Shown here: one piece after another, positions 9,868 through 20,400 of the stretch | Position numbering within the stretch: position 1 is the stretch's first letter | How the letters are laid out: every line of letters begins with the position of its first letter | Assembly: GCA_019745315.1 (NCBI GenBank) | Contig: JAIETH010000001.1 | Span: 13,049-77,048, forward strand | Direction: 5' to 3' | DNA: 64,000 bases | DNA from: Patescibacteria group bacterium | GTDB taxonomy: Bacteria > Patescibacteriota > Minisyncoccia > Phycocordibacterales > UBA918 | Translations under genes and position numbers: made by a program | Notes under the pieces: model-generated | What the model was told of the DNA's origin: nothing | Seen by the model: the letters and a program-made list of their open reading frames with translations, nothing else | Database searches by the model: none

Positions 9868-10992
9868 TTACTTAACTTCTTTAAATGAAAGAGTCATACG
9901 ATGATCCTTCGGTTCAAAGAGGCTAATCTTAAAGCTGTACTTCTTACCAAGCTCAAGCGCGTTGCGAAGTTCTGCTTCGCTTGCAAACTCAGAGATGTGT
10001 ACGAGTCCTGCTACTCCTTCTTCAATAGACGCAAGAGCACCATGCTTGTTGTACTTGATGATCACACCATCAACAACCTGGTCTTTCTTGTATTTTGCTG
10101 ACGCAAGAACCCATGGGTTTTCACGAAGCTGTTTAATAGAAAGAGAGATTTTGTCGTCTTTTACTTCAATCACCTTTACCTTAACCTTGTCGCCAACGGT
10201 AAAGAGTGTGCGAGTATTTTCAACAAGTCCCCAGTCAATTTCAGAGATGTGTACGAGTCCTTCAAGTCCTTCTTCAAGCTTCACAAATACTCCGAAGTCA
10301 ACTGCGCCAGTAACTTCTCCTTCGAGTACGTCACCAACGTTGTACTTGCTCACCTTCACTTCCTTCTCTTCTTTTTCTTGAGGTCCCTTTTCAGAGAAGA
10401 TAAGCTTTCCTTCCTTCTGGTCTGCAGTAATGATGATTACATTAAGGTGCTGACCAACAAGCTGCTGAAGTTCAGAGAGGATCTTGTCCTTGTCTCCATC
10501 TTCAACGCGAGGGTAGTGCTCGGCTGCAAGCTGACTTGCAGGGAGGAATCCCTGAATGCTCTGCCACTCGATGATAAGTCCTCCTTTGTTTGCTTCTTTA
10601 ACAACAAGGCTAAGTACCTTCTTGTGCTTAACTGCTTCTTCAGCATCGCTCCAGATAAGAGCTTGTCGAGCTTCCTTAAGAGAAAGTTCGATATATCCGT
10701 CCTTGTTCTTTGTATCAACTACTTTTGCAGCAATGATGTCGCCAACTGAAACCTTGCGGAGTACGTCGCGTGCATTCATGTACTCGCGTCCGTAGATAAG
10801 ACCTGAACCAAACGGGTGCATGTCTACATATACACGTGCGCGTCCTATTGCTGAAACAGTACCTTCAACAAGCTCTCCTGCCTGAGGAGGAGTTGGAGTA
10901 TCTGCTATAAGAGCATCCATGAAATGCTCCTTTTTTGCTTCTTCTGCCTCTTCGCCCTGAAGAGTTACCTCTACATCGTTTTTGTTTGTCAT
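9868..10992 (-). CDS. rpsA: 30S ribosomal protein bS1 (four S1 domains)
   Basis: Repeated S1 motifs (GFLPASQL, EGLVHISE, AGLVHISE); probable start MTNKND. Confidence 0.92.
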   Translation of the reverse strand: MTNKNDVEVTLQGEEAEEAKKEHFMDALIADTPTPPQAGELVEGTVSAIGRARVYVDMHPFGSGLIYGREYMNARDVLRKVSVGDIIAAKVVDTKNKDGYIELSLKEARQALIWSDAEEAVKHKKVLSLVVKEANKGGLIIEWQSIQGFLPASQLAAEHYPRVEDGDKDKILSELQQLVGQHLNVIIITADQKEGKLIFSEKGPQEKEEKEVKVSKYNVGDVLEGEVTGAVDFGVFVKLEEGLEGLVHISEIDWGLVENTRTLFTVGDKVKVKVIEVKDDKISLSIKQLRENPWVLASAKYKKDQVVDGVIIKYNKHGALASIEEGVAGLVHISEFASEAELRNALELGKKYSFKISLFEPKDHRMTLSFKEVK

Positions 10993-11240
10993 TTTTCTAT
11001 GGAGGTGATACCGATCCGCGTGCCCATGTCTCGTGGCCGTAATCGCGCACCCGGGGTTACCCGATATCACACAAGTTAATAATGAAAAGACACGCGGACT
11101 ATAGCATAAAAAACACCCTCTATGCAATATCTGCGCAGAGGTGCTTTCGGTGGTGATTTATGGATTTTTTTGAATGTACGTCATGACAATATGTAACACA
11201 TCAGGTATGATAGAGAGACTAATTTTGAACTTTTGTATTT

Positions 11241-11870
11241 ATGGTTATCACATATCACGGATTGGAGTGTTTTAAGGTGTCGTTTGGCAATCTGACCATT
11301 GCGTTTAATCCTTTTTCTAAGGAATCTGCAAAGAAGTATGGATTAAAGGAAGTTAAGTTTGGTGCCGATGTGGTGTTTGTCACTACGAAGCACCCAGATT
11401 TCAATGGTGTTGAGCAAGTTACTTATGGAGAGAAGGTGCCATTTGTTGTATCGGGTCCTGGAGAGTATGAAGTAGGAGATCTCACAATACGTGCGTTTGG
11501 AGTTCCTACTGTCTACGACGGAGAAGAGCGTTTCACCACTGTCTATCAAGTTACTCTTGAAGGAGCGAATCTTTTGTTCCTCGGACCAATTCCAAATGCA
11601 AAACTCGATTCTTCACTCCTTGGTTCCCTTGGCGAGATTGATATTATTTTTGTGCCAGTAGGCGATGGTGAGGTGCTTGACGGCGCTGCAGCATCCGCAC
11701 TTGGAGTAAAGCTTGAGGCACATGTCATTATTCCTATGCATTATGAAAAAGATACACTCGCTGCCTTTTTGAAAGAGGAGGGTGTTTCTGTGAAGCCACA
11801 AGATAAATTCACTATTAAGAAAAAAGAATTGAGTGCTCTTGAAGGAGAGGTTGTGGTGTTGGGTGAGTAA
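11241..11870 (+). CDS. MBL-fold hydrolase-like protein (lactamase B_3 type)
   Basis: ITYHGxxCF, GPGEYEV, IIPMHY. Confidence 0.8.
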   Translation: MVITYHGLECFKVSFGNLTIAFNPFSKESAKKYGLKEVKFGADVVFVTTKHPDFNGVEQVTYGEKVPFVVSGPGEYEVGDLTIRAFGVPTVYDGEERFTTVYQVTLEGANLLFLGPIPNAKLDSSLLGSLGEIDIIFVPVGDGEVLDGAAASALGVKLEAHVIIPMHYEKDTLAAFLKEEGVSVKPQDKFTIKKKELSALEGEVVVLGE

Positions 11871-11910
11871 GTGGACAGACGGCGCAATCTCAATATCTCA
11901 AAAGATATTT

Positions 11911-12342
11911 ATGATATTGAAATACATTGAAAATGTTCGAAAACAGCCGCCAGCAGCACGTAAACGCTTTGCATTCTTTTTTGCTCTCGGATCTACGGCG
12001 CTCATAATGATTCTGTGGGGCTTTACACTTCCGACTCGCTTTTCTTCTCTCGATATTAATGGAGACGATATGCTTGGTGCAGCAGGAACGGAAGAGCTCC
12101 AGGAAAATCTAGAAGAAGGAAAGGGTACTGTGAATCAACTTCTTGAGGCAAGTAAGGCTTTCCGAGAAGGTTTAGATACTGCAACGAGTACCACAGGGTA
12201 TCAAATGAATGATACTTTCCTGAGCGCAACAACGAGTGTTAATTTTTCATCAACGACACAGCCAGCCGTTCAAGAGGAAAAACCACGAACAATACTTATT
12301 GCTACTACCACATCTGCGGGAGGAGATAGTGCTCCGCGCTAA
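11911..12342 (+). CDS. hypothetical membrane-anchored protein
   Basis: Basic N-terminus, one TM, Thr/Ser-rich tail; upstream of gyrA. Confidence 0.6.
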   Translation: MILKYIENVRKQPPAARKRFAFFFALGSTALIMILWGFTLPTRFSSLDINGDDMLGAAGTEELQENLEEGKGTVNQLLEASKAFREGLDTATSTTGYQMNDTFLSATTSVNFSSTTQPAVQEEKPRTILIATTTSAGGDSAPR

Positions 12343-12392
12343 ATATGATATAGTTGTTGGCACACATACAAACGTTTTTCTAGTAACTACCT

Positions 12393-14888
12393 ATGGCAAA
12401 AAAGAAAGCATCTGACAATAATGAAGCTCCAAAAGAAGTTCCTGTAGATGATCGAGGGGGTGCGGGCGTTATTGCTCAGAGCATCACTGACGAGATGCGT
12501 ACATCGTATCTTGATTATGCGATGTCTGTTATTACGTCACGCGCATTGCCTGACGTTCGTGATGGATTGAAACCTGTACATCGTCGCATTCTCTATTCGA
12601 TGCGCTTAAACGGTCTCACGTCAACTGCAAAGTTTAAGAAATCAGCAACTGTAGTGGGAGACGTGCTTGGTAGTTTCCATCCCCATGGAGACATGTCGGT
12701 GTATGACGCGATGACCAAGCTCGCACAAGATTTCTCAACACGGTACCCACTTATCCTTGGTCAAGGAAACTTTGGTTCTATCGATGGAGACTCTGCTGCG
12801 GCCTACAGGTACACTGAAGCAAAGATGTCAAAGCTCGCTGAAGAGCTTCTTCGTGATCTTGAAAAAGAAACAGTCAACTGGCGTCCTAACTACGATGGTA
12901 CAAAGCGTGAGCCGGAAGTGTTGCCTGCTGGAGTCCCTAACTTACTTCTTTTGGGAACCTTGGGTATTGCGGTGGGAATGGCGACAAATATTCCTCCTCA
13001 TAACTTACGCGAAGTAGCTGATGCAACTGCGCATCTGATTGACGATCCTAAAGCAACAAATGATGACCTCTTGCAGTTTGTAAAAGGTCCTGACTTCCCA
13101 ATGGGCGGAATTGCCTTCAACCAGAAGGATATTTCTCATGCCTACGCAAACGGTCGTGGAGGAGTGGTGGTGCGTGGAGAAGCTGAGATTGTAGAAGACA
13201 AGAAAGGTAACTTCTCAATCATCATTACCTCTATTCCATATCGCGTGAACAAAGCGGATATGTTGATGAAGATTGCTGATTTAGTACGTGAAAAGAAGAT
13301 CGAAGGAATTCGTGATCTTCGAGATGAATCGACTCGCGATATTCGTGTGGTTGTAGAGCTTAAGAGTGGTGTGCATCCTCAGACAGTTCTCAATAAGCTC
13401 TATAAGAGCACGCAGCTTGAAGAAACATTCCACTACAACATGGTTGCTCTTGTTGATGGTATTCCCCAGACTCTTTCTTTGAAGTCAATTCTTCAGTCGT
13501 ACATTCTTCATAGAAAAGAAGTGGTTCGCAGACGTACCGAATTTGATCTCGCGCGCGCACAAGACCGTGAGCATATTTTGCTTGGTCTCAAAAAAGCACT
13601 CGATCACATCGATGAAATCATCAAGCTCATTCGTGCGTCAAAAGATGTGCCAGAAGCTCACGCCGCATTGATGAAGAAGTTCCAGTTCTCTGATAGACAG
13701 GCGACAGCAATTCTTGATATGCGCCTCCAGAAACTTGCAGGTCTTGAGCGCAAGAAGATTGAAGACGAACTCAAAGAAGTACAAGCTCTCATTGAGGAGT
13801 TGATTGGTATTTTGAAGAGTGAAAAGAAAATGCTCACCATTATCAAAAAAGAACTCCTTGATATTGCAGAAAAATTTGGTGATGCGCGTCGCACAAAGAT
13901 TGTAAAAGGTGGCGTGAAGATGCTTAATCCGGAAGATCTTATTCCTGATGAAGAGAGTGTGTTGGTGGTAACACAGGGAGGATACGTAAAGCGTACGAAT
14001 CCATCTGAGTACCGCGCGCAGCGACGTGGAGGAGTTGGTGTTGTTGATCTTGATACCAAAGAAGAAGACTTTGTAACGACGCTTCTCAATACCTCAATGC
14101 ACAGTGACCTCCTCTTCTTTACCGATAAAGGAAAGGTCTATCAGACAAAGATGTACGATATTCCTGAAGGGAAGCGTGCTACAAAGGGTAAGTCGGTAAT
14201 GAACTTCCTGTCTCTTTCGGCTGAAGAGCGCGTGACATCAGTACGCGCAATGAGCAAAGATGACAAAGGGAAGACGCTTTCTCTTATCATGGTCACCAAA
14301 CAAGGTATCGCCAAGAAAGTGGACGCTGAAAGCTTTAAGGATGTGCGACGAAGCGGTCTCATCGCAATCTCGCTTGCAGCTGATGATTCTCTGATCGAGG
14401 CTCAGTTTGTAGAGAAAGGAGATGAGATGATGCTTGCAACCTCTGGAGGGCAATCAATTCGATTTAAAGAATCTGATATTCGTGAGATGGGACGTACAGC
14501 TGCAGGAGTGCGCGCAGTAAAACTTTCAAAAAATGACTACGTGGTAGCCGCAAGCGTTCTAAAGAAAGATGAAAAAACTGCAGACTTTCTTGTGATGTCT
14601 GAAGCAGGATACGGAAAACGAACTGCAATGAAAGAATACAAAGTTCAGAAACGAAGCGGTTCTGGTATTAAGACAGCGAAGGTTACTTCTAAGACAGGAA
14701 AAATTGTGGGAGGACAGATCTTGCTCGCGCAAGATGTTGCTGAGGGTGAGCTCGTGGTTATGTCCAAAAAAGGACAAGTAATTCGTCTTGCACTTAAAGA
14801 AGTTCCGTCTCTCGGAAGACAGACGCAAGGTGTGCGTATTATGAAGCTCCGTGACGGAGACTCCATTGCCTCGATTGTGTATTTTTAA
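12393..14888 (+). CDS. gyrA: DNA gyrase subunit A
   Basis: [29 protein letters not shown], GyrA box QRRGGVG. Confidence 0.98.
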   Translation: MAKKKASDNNEAPKEVPVDDRGGAGVIAQSITDEMRTSYLDYAMSVITSRALPDVRDGLKPVHRRILYSMRLNGLTSTAKFKKSATVVGDVLGSFHPHGDMSVYDAMTKLAQDFSTRYPLILGQGNFGSIDGDSAAAYRYTEAKMSKLAEELLRDLEKETVNWRPNYDGTKREPEVLPAGVPNLLLLGTLGIAVGMATNIPPHNLREVADATAHLIDDPKATNDDLLQFVKGPDFPMGGIAFNQKDISHAYANGRGGVVVRGEAEIVEDKKGNFSIIITSIPYRVNKADMLMKIADLVREKKIEGIRDLRDESTRDIRVVVELKSGVHPQTVLNKLYKSTQLEETFHYNMVALVDGIPQTLSLKSILQSYILHRKEVVRRRTEFDLARAQDREHILLGLKKALDHIDEIIKLIRASKDVPEAHAALMKKFQFSDRQATAILDMRLQKLAGLERKKIEDELKEVQALIEELIGILKSEKKMLTIIKKELLDIAEKFGDARRTKIVKGGVKMLNPEDLIPDEESVLVVTQGGYVKRTNPSEYRAQRRGGVGVVDLDTKEEDFVTTLLNTSMHSDLLFFTDKGKVYQTKMYDIPEGKRATKGKSVMNFLSLSAEERVTSVRAMSKDDKGKTLSLIMVTKQGIAKKVDAESFKDVRRSGLIAISLAADDSLIEAQFVEKGDEMMLATSGGQSIRFKESDIREMGRTAAGVRAVKLSKNDYVVAASVLKKDEKTADFLVMSEAGYGKRTAMKEYKVQKRSGSGIKTAKVTSKTGKIVGGQILLAQDVAEGELVVMSKKGQVIRLALKEVPSLGRQTQGVRIMKLRDGDSIASIVYF

Positions 14889-14891
14889 AGA

Positions 14892-14925
14892 CACAAAAAA
14901 AGAGGGAAAGCCCTCTTTTTTTGTG
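14892..14925 (+). terminator. intrinsic terminator after gyrA
   Basis: CACAAAAAAAGAGGG-AAAG-CCCTCTTTTTTTGTG. Confidence 0.8.
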
Positions 14926-14996
14926 AGTGAATAAAATACAGAGGATCTGCGTATAAACTATGCACCCAAAATTTTTATAAAAATAAGTATACCCAC

Positions 14997-15572
14997 ATGC
15001 TGAATATCAAGATTATTGTTGGAAGCACTCGAGAAGGACGTTTTAGTGAAAAGCTCGTGCCGTGGATTCAAAACGCTGTGACTGAAGCGGGTATGAATCC
15101 TGAGGTGCTTGATCTCCGCGATCATCCGCTTCCATTTTACAAAGAGGCTGGATCTGCTGCGTATGTACAAAATGGAGAATATCCAGACCCACTCGTGCGC
15201 GCATGGGCAGAAAAAATTAAAGAAGGAGACGCGTTTATAATTATCGCCCCAGAATACAATCACGGATACACTGCGGTACTTAAGAATGCGCTCGACTCAA
15301 TCTATGGAGAGTGGAATAATAAGCCAGTTACATTCGTGGCGTATGGAAGTGTAGGAGGAGGCAGAGCGGTTGAGCAGTTGCGTCAGGTTGCCGTTGAGCT
15401 CCAGATGGCGCCAATCAGAGCTGCTGTACATATTCCTGCTCCATGGAATATGCGTGATGAAAAGGGAGATCTTAAAGAAGGAGCGCTTGATGGGTATGCG
15501 CATAGCCTTACAGATGCACTTACACAACTTGCATGGTGGGGGGAGGTACTGAAGACTGCTCGCGCAAAATAA
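14997..15572 (+). CDS. NADPH-dependent FMN reductase
   Basis: GSTREGR, PEYNHG, LKNALD, GGGRA. Confidence 0.92.
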   Translation: MLNIKIIVGSTREGRFSEKLVPWIQNAVTEAGMNPEVLDLRDHPLPFYKEAGSAAYVQNGEYPDPLVRAWAEKIKEGDAFIIIAPEYNHGYTAVLKNALDSIYGEWNNKPVTFVAYGSVGGGRAVEQLRQVAVELQMAPIRAAVHIPAPWNMRDEKGDLKEGALDGYAHSLTDALTQLAWWGEVLKTARAK

Positions 15573-15636
15573 TCTTTTCTAAAAGAATGAATAAAGCCGC
15601 ATATATGCGGCTTTATTCATGTATAATTACGGACAT

Positions 15637-16044
15637 ATGAAGAATTGGCATCAATCGCACAAACAAACATCTCGTCTTTCGGGGAAACTTGCTGACGCAG
15701 TGGCGCGTGGAATGGGTTCGTGGAAATTTATTTTTCTGCAAACGGTGTTTGTAGGAGTATGGATCGCTCTCAACATTGTGGGTATTGTGCGCGGATGGGA
15801 TCCATATCCATTTATACTTCTCAATCTTATTTTTTCTACACAGGCAGCGTACGCAGCGCCGATTATTATGATGGCGCAAAATAGGCAAGCTGAACGCGAC
15901 CGCCATCACGCTGAGGCAGATTATGAGACAAATCGCCAGGCAAAAGAAGAAATTGAGGAGCTCCAAAAAGGACTTAATAGAATAGAGATAGAGAAGCTCG
16001 ACAAAATCCTCGCTCTATTAGAAAAAAAGAATATACATAAATAG
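15637..16044 (+). CDS. DUF1003 membrane protein
   Basis: MGSWKFI, WDPYPFILLNL, APIIMMAQNRQ. Confidence 0.9.
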   Translation: MKNWHQSHKQTSRLSGKLADAVARGMGSWKFIFLQTVFVGVWIALNIVGIVRGWDPYPFILLNLIFSTQAAYAAPIIMMAQNRQAERDRHHAEADYETNRQAKEEIEELQKGLNRIEIEKLDKILALLEKKNIHK

Positions 16045-16053
16045 AAAAGACGT

Positions 16054-16752
16054 ATGATACAGAAAATTCCGGCAGCCGATCGCCACTATGCTGACTATGG
16101 GTCATTACAAACGTACTGGCTCTTTTCGTTTTCTGACTACTATGATCCAGAGAATATGAACTTCGGATCTCTCCGTGTATTTAATGATGATGTGATAGGG
16201 GCGCAGAGCGGCTTTCCTGATCACCCACATCGTGATATGGAAATTCTGACTATTGTGCACTCAGGCACTCTCACTCATGGTGATAGTATCGGCACCTCTG
16301 CGACCATTGGTGCTGGAGAGGTTCAGCGAATGTCTGCGGGTGGGGGAATTGTGCATTCAGAAATGAATAAAGGTGATGAGCCAGTGCACTTGTATCAACT
16401 GTGGTTTTCTCCGAATCAAAAAACAGAAAGTGGGTATGAGCAAAAAACAGTTGATACGTCTCAATCTCCGCTCTCTGTGCTTGCGTCGTATGAAGCGTCT
16501 CCGGGTGTGCTTCTTCGTTCGGATGCAGTAGTGTATTCTCTCAAGCTTGCACCTCACGAGTCTACTACTCTTATAGTTCCTGAAGGGTGGGGATGTTTCG
16601 TATATGTAAAAGAAGGTGTCGTTGATCTCTCTAGTTCTTCAGAGACAGAACGTTTCAGAGAAGGTGATCAAGCACGAGTGCTCCAGGAAACAAATATTTC
16701 TTTTTCTTCAGAGAATGCTGCAGAGGCTCTTGTTGTTGTGGTGCGTGTCTGA
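16054..16752 (+). CDS. pirin family protein (YhhW-like)
   Basis: FSFSDYYDP, GFPDHPHRDMEI, QRMSAG, HSE. Confidence 0.92.
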   Translation: MIQKIPAADRHYADYGSLQTYWLFSFSDYYDPENMNFGSLRVFNDDVIGAQSGFPDHPHRDMEILTIVHSGTLTHGDSIGTSATIGAGEVQRMSAGGGIVHSEMNKGDEPVHLYQLWFSPNQKTESGYEQKTVDTSQSPLSVLASYEASPGVLLRSDAVVYSLKLAPHESTTLIVPEGWGCFVYVKEGVVDLSSSSETERFREGDQARVLQETNISFSSENAAEALVVVVRV

Positions 16753-16801
16753 GTGAGGATTTTAATATAAAAATCCTCGTACATGCATGATGATACGAGG
16801 A

Positions 16802-17155
16802 TTACTTCATGTGGTTGCCCGCGATGTACATCAGTCCACGCAGAAGACCGAGGCCAGTCTGCGTTCTGTGAACTGCAGGTGGGTCCTTAAAAATCTCCAC
16901 GAGCCCAAATCGCTGCAGGTTCTGGAGCTCGGACCTGAGTGAGTCCATGCTGATCCCAGTATGCTGCGCAAGTATCCCAAGGTGGTATGGCGAAGGTGCT
17001 CTGGTATGCGCATACACCCTCAGCACGATCTGCATCTGCAGAGCCGTCATGTGAGGGTATGTCCTCGAGACGAGTGTCATTACCTCGAGGAACATCTCTC
17101 CGTATTTCGCAGGGTTGCGGTTGCCGAGCGGCATTGCCGTTATGGTGCCTTCCAT
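16802..17155 (-). CDS. winged-helix (MarR-like) regulator, SD-led islet gene
   Basis: MTALQMQIV...LAQHTGISMDSLRSELQNLQRFGLV...TQTG; upstream AAAAGGGG. Confidence 0.6.
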   Translation of the reverse strand: MEGTITAMPLGNRNPAKYGEMFLEVMTLVSRTYPHMTALQMQIVLRVYAHTRAPSPYHLGILAQHTGISMDSLRSELQNLQRFGLVEIFKDPPAVHRTQTGLGLLRGLMYIAGNHMK

Positions 17156-17170
17156 GACGTTTCCCCTTTT

Positions 17171-17299
17171 TTATATGAGCGTCAGAAGCACAGCGGCGGC
17201 GAATACGCCCGCTGTCACATACACCTGCTTCTTGCTGGGACTGGTGGTCAGCATGTACATGCCGACTACTGATCCAACCAAAAGAACGACGATGAGCAT
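17171..17299 (-). CDS. small two-TM protein (42 aa), SD-led islet gene
   Basis: GGGAGGAGCAAA-ATG; MLIVVLLVGSVVGMYML...VFAAAVLLTLI. Confidence 0.55.
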   Translation of the reverse strand: MLIVVLLVGSVVGMYMLTTSPSKKQVYVTAGVFAAAVLLTLI

Positions 17300-17411
17300 T
17301 TTGCTCCTCCCATGGGTTGATGTCTGTATTATACGGTAGTACGTATAATAGGTATTGTCAATGGTTTGGTATATTAAAAAACTACCACGAAAGGGTAGCG
17401 TATCTCTGCGA

Positions 17412-17777
17412 TTATTTTTGTTTGAGGAGTTTCCTGAGACCGCACAATGCTTCGCGATAATTAGACGCCTCAAATTTCAGGCGAATTTTCTCGAGAGAGT
17501 CATCAAATACGCTTGAAAAAGAAGGTATCTGTGTAAATGTTTCTCGTGCCCGCTCTATCCACCCCGTCTGTTTTTGAGGATCTCCCACATACGCCTCTTG
17601 GATCGCGAAGTAAAGCTTTTGAAGTGGCGTGACTGCGTTCGTCTCTTCCAAGACCTGCTTGCCAAAAACGAATCGGGCTTCATCAACCATTTCTATCTTT
17701 ACCGCTGACCTAAAGCAAATGGTAGCACCGTTTATTCGTAACCGGTCTCCTGGCCTCATTGAAAGAATGAGAGACAT
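17412..17777 (-). CDS. flbT: flagellar biosynthesis regulator FlbT homolog
   Basis: LxLSxxPGDRLxINGA...TPLQKLYFAIQxxY...YREALxxLRKL fits the FlbT family over its length; SD GGAG. Confidence 0.8.
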   Translation of the reverse strand: MSLILSMRPGDRLRINGATICFRSAVKIEMVDEARFVFGKQVLEETNAVTPLQKLYFAIQEAYVGDPQKQTGWIERARETFTQIPSFSSVFDDSLEKIRLKFEASNYREALCGLRKLLKQK

Positions 17778-17809
17778 TGTAGTTTCTCCAAGATCAATTT
17801 CTAAGGTGC

Positions 17810-17838
17810 AGACTAGCGCGAGGTCGTGATTAGGTCAA
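17810..17838 (-). promoter_or_regulatory. sigma70-type promoter of flbT
   Basis: TTGACC-17 nt-TAGTCT on minus strand. Confidence 0.55.
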
Positions 17839-18092
17839 GTTCTATATATATGGTGTGGTAGGTGGCAGTGTAATAGAGAGGGTGTGCTCACGTCTTAATA
17901 GATAGGGATACAAACGTATCTACACACTATACATCTTCCATATTTCGACATTCTTCTAAGATCGACTACAGACATGCTGTAAAAGAAGAAAATATATAGA
18001 GTATGTGCTCTGGGCACCACTTTGTTTTTCTAGTACAGACACTCACAAAAATCACGATCATTTAATTCTATTAGTTTTAAAATAAAAAATAT

Positions 18093-18359
18093 ATGGTACA
18101 GATAAAATCTATTAATACGACAGCAGCATTTGTTATCGGAGCAACTCTTGTCGCAGCAACTTTTCTGAGTATTCCTCTTTCTACGTTTGCAGCAACATAT
18201 GCATACGTAGACACTACAGGAGATGTAAAATCAGTTATCGCAAATGATTGGATGACCGCTATCAAAATGGCTCCAGGTATTCATATGCGTAGTGGTGTTC
18301 TTCTCCTTAACACAGCTGCAGACTACAATATTGTTGGAAATGATGTTTCTGGTTCATAA
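18093..18359 (+). CDS. small secreted hypothetical protein
   Basis: Signal peptide ending TFA-ATY. Confidence 0.65.
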   Translation: MVQIKSINTTAAFVIGATLVAATFLSIPLSTFAATYAYVDTTGDVKSVIANDWMTAIKMAPGIHMRSGVLLLNTAADYNIVGNDVSGS

Positions 18360-18475
18360 TAACTCCGTAACCTAACCGAGGTGTGGTAGAAAAAAGGATG
18401 TTTAGGCATCCTTTTTTCTACCACACTGTTTCAGGAATAATGCTTTGCTATTTCTCGTCACTCAGTAAAATAAAA

Positions 18476-19363
18476 ATGCGTAAAATAAAAAAATATATAT
18501 CTAGTGGAATACTCTTGAGCGCACTCTTTTTTGCGCTCAGCATTCCACATGATGGAGAGGCATATCACACACACGTTCCGTGTTCGGTGACAACGTGTGT
18601 GGTGTCTGTTACGACAACATCGCTCAAATCAACGTCTGGCACCAAAACTATTTCTGGAACTGCCGATGGACTCACGAAGCTTTTTATAAAACTCTATAGA
18701 GAAAGTGACAATTCGTTAGTGTATACCAGCAAAACAGTAACGGTGAGGAATGAAAAGTGGAAAGTAAAGATTCCAAGCTCTGCTTCAAGAAAAATAAAAA
18801 GCGACTCATATAGAGTTGAAGTGTATTCTGAAAAGAAAAAAGACGCTGTCATGCTCGTAAGCAGTACCCTTGTTGTTGGTACACAAAACAATACTACACA
18901 AAATATATCCGTAAAATCATCATCTCTCTTGGTGGTGGAGCCGGTTCCATTGCTCTTTGGAGGTACGGCACGAGCGGGGGATGCGGTATCGGTAGCATAC
19001 GTGCAGGTGATCAATGTGGGTAAAGAAGAAGCTCGTATTGAAGGGTTTACACTTACCCAAAATGGTTCCGCGTCAGTGGATGCACTTCAGGCACTACGAG
19101 CAGTAGATGATAGTGGACTCATACAGGGATCTACAGAAAGTACGTCTGTCGGATTGCAGTTTAAGAACGGATCAGCATTTGTACCAATCCAAGCAGTATT
19201 TGCCCCAGGTCAAATGCGTCTGTTTACCATAAAGGCTGTAGTGAAAAACGATACTGCTCGATATGCGGGTACGCAACTCCAGATCAATCTCGCAAGCGCT
19301 CATGCGAATGCATCATTGAAAGGAATGTTCCCTATGTACGGTACGACGTGGACGATACAGTAG
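18476..19363 (+). CDS. secreted beta-rich (Ig-like) hypothetical protein
   Basis: Signal peptide; Ser/Thr-rich beta-strand pattern. Confidence 0.6.
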   Translation: MRKIKKYISSGILLSALFFALSIPHDGEAYHTHVPCSVTTCVVSVTTTSLKSTSGTKTISGTADGLTKLFIKLYRESDNSLVYTSKTVTVRNEKWKVKIPSSASRKIKSDSYRVEVYSEKKKDAVMLVSSTLVVGTQNNTTQNISVKSSSLLVVEPVPLLFGGTARAGDAVSVAYVQVINVGKEEARIEGFTLTQNGSASVDALQALRAVDDSGLIQGSTESTSVGLQFKNGSAFVPIQAVFAPGQMRLFTIKAVVKNDTARYAGTQLQINLASAHANASLKGMFPMYGTTWTIQ

Positions 19364-19414
19364 TCGATATTAGAGATAGAGAAAACACCCATTGATGGGT
19401 GTTTTTTTATGCAG

Positions 19415-20386
19415 CTATCTCTTTTTCAGTAGGCTTTGTGTGATGCTATAGATCATATCTGATACTTGTTTTGAGTCGCTCGTATAGATTAGAGACGTAT
19501 GGTCACCTGATATAAAATCTCGAAGCGGGTAACCAGTGTCTTCAGCAATTCTTCTGTTAATGTAGGGCAGTGTGATTGCACGCAACGCTCTATCATTTTT
19601 TGCTGTACTTTTGCTCGTAACAAGTGCACTCATGCTGCCCGTCTGATTGACTACAGGTCCTCCAGAAACTCCTGAACTTCCTGCTTTTGAATCCTCAAGC
19701 GTAACCACATCAGCAGATGAGGTGTCATTAGAAAAGCTCCGAATATTTGTAATGCTTGACGTTGCTGTGAGGATAGTAAGTTTTTTATTTATTCCATAGA
19801 AATCAAGTTTTTCTGTTGGGTAGCCTGTTATAGTCACCGCATCTTTTTCAGATCCAGTATTCATGGTTTCCAAAGGAAGGGTGGGGAATATCTGCGGAAG
19901 CGTGCTACTCGCGCTTCCTGTTATGAGGAGAAGTGCAAAATCATCTTCACCTGTTCCTTTTGGTTTTTTCTTTGAAAGCTCAGCCACATTTTTTTCTACC
20001 CAAAGAGGAGGCATATGTATGATTGAGGCGGTATATGCTGCTTTTGCAGGAGAGCCTGTTCGCACAGTGCATTCACTTCGCACCTTTCCTCCTTTTTCAT
20101 TGGGTAGTAAGAAAAATTGTGCAACGTGAGCATTGGTGAGTATGACTCCGCGACTATCTATGATGACGCCAGTGCCACTTGCAGCGAATTTCTTTTTTTT
20201 GATGGTAAGTGTGCAGTAGAGGTTAACAGTCGCGTTCGCAATTGGCGAAGAAATTTCTACAGGCACCTCAGATGATGTCACAAAGCGGACGGATGCAGCG
20301 TGTGTTGTTTGAGGAGTGGCGTACAGTATCAGAAGCGCGGTCGTTATACCAAAGAATGTGTATCGCGTAAGACTCCTGAGACTCAT
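19415..20386 (-). CDS. secreted trypsin-like serine protease
   Basis: TNAHV (His), DFALL (Asp), GVSGGP (Ser). Confidence 0.85.
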   Translation of the reverse strand: MSLRSLTRYTFFGITTALLILYATPQTTHAASVRFVTSSEVPVEISSPIANATVNLYCTLTIKKKKFAASGTGVIIDSRGVILTNAHVAQFFLLPNEKGGKVRSECTVRTGSPAKAAYTASIIHMPPLWVEKNVAELSKKKPKGTGEDDFALLLITGSASSTLPQIFPTLPLETMNTGSEKDAVTITGYPTEKLDFYGINKKLTILTATSSITNIRSFSNDTSSADVVTLEDSKAGSSGVSGGPVVNQTGSMSALVTSKSTAKNDRALRAITLPYINRRIAEDTGYPLRDFISGDHTSLIYTSDSKQVSDMIYSITQSLLKKR

Positions 20387-20400
20387 ACTATTTAACTTAA

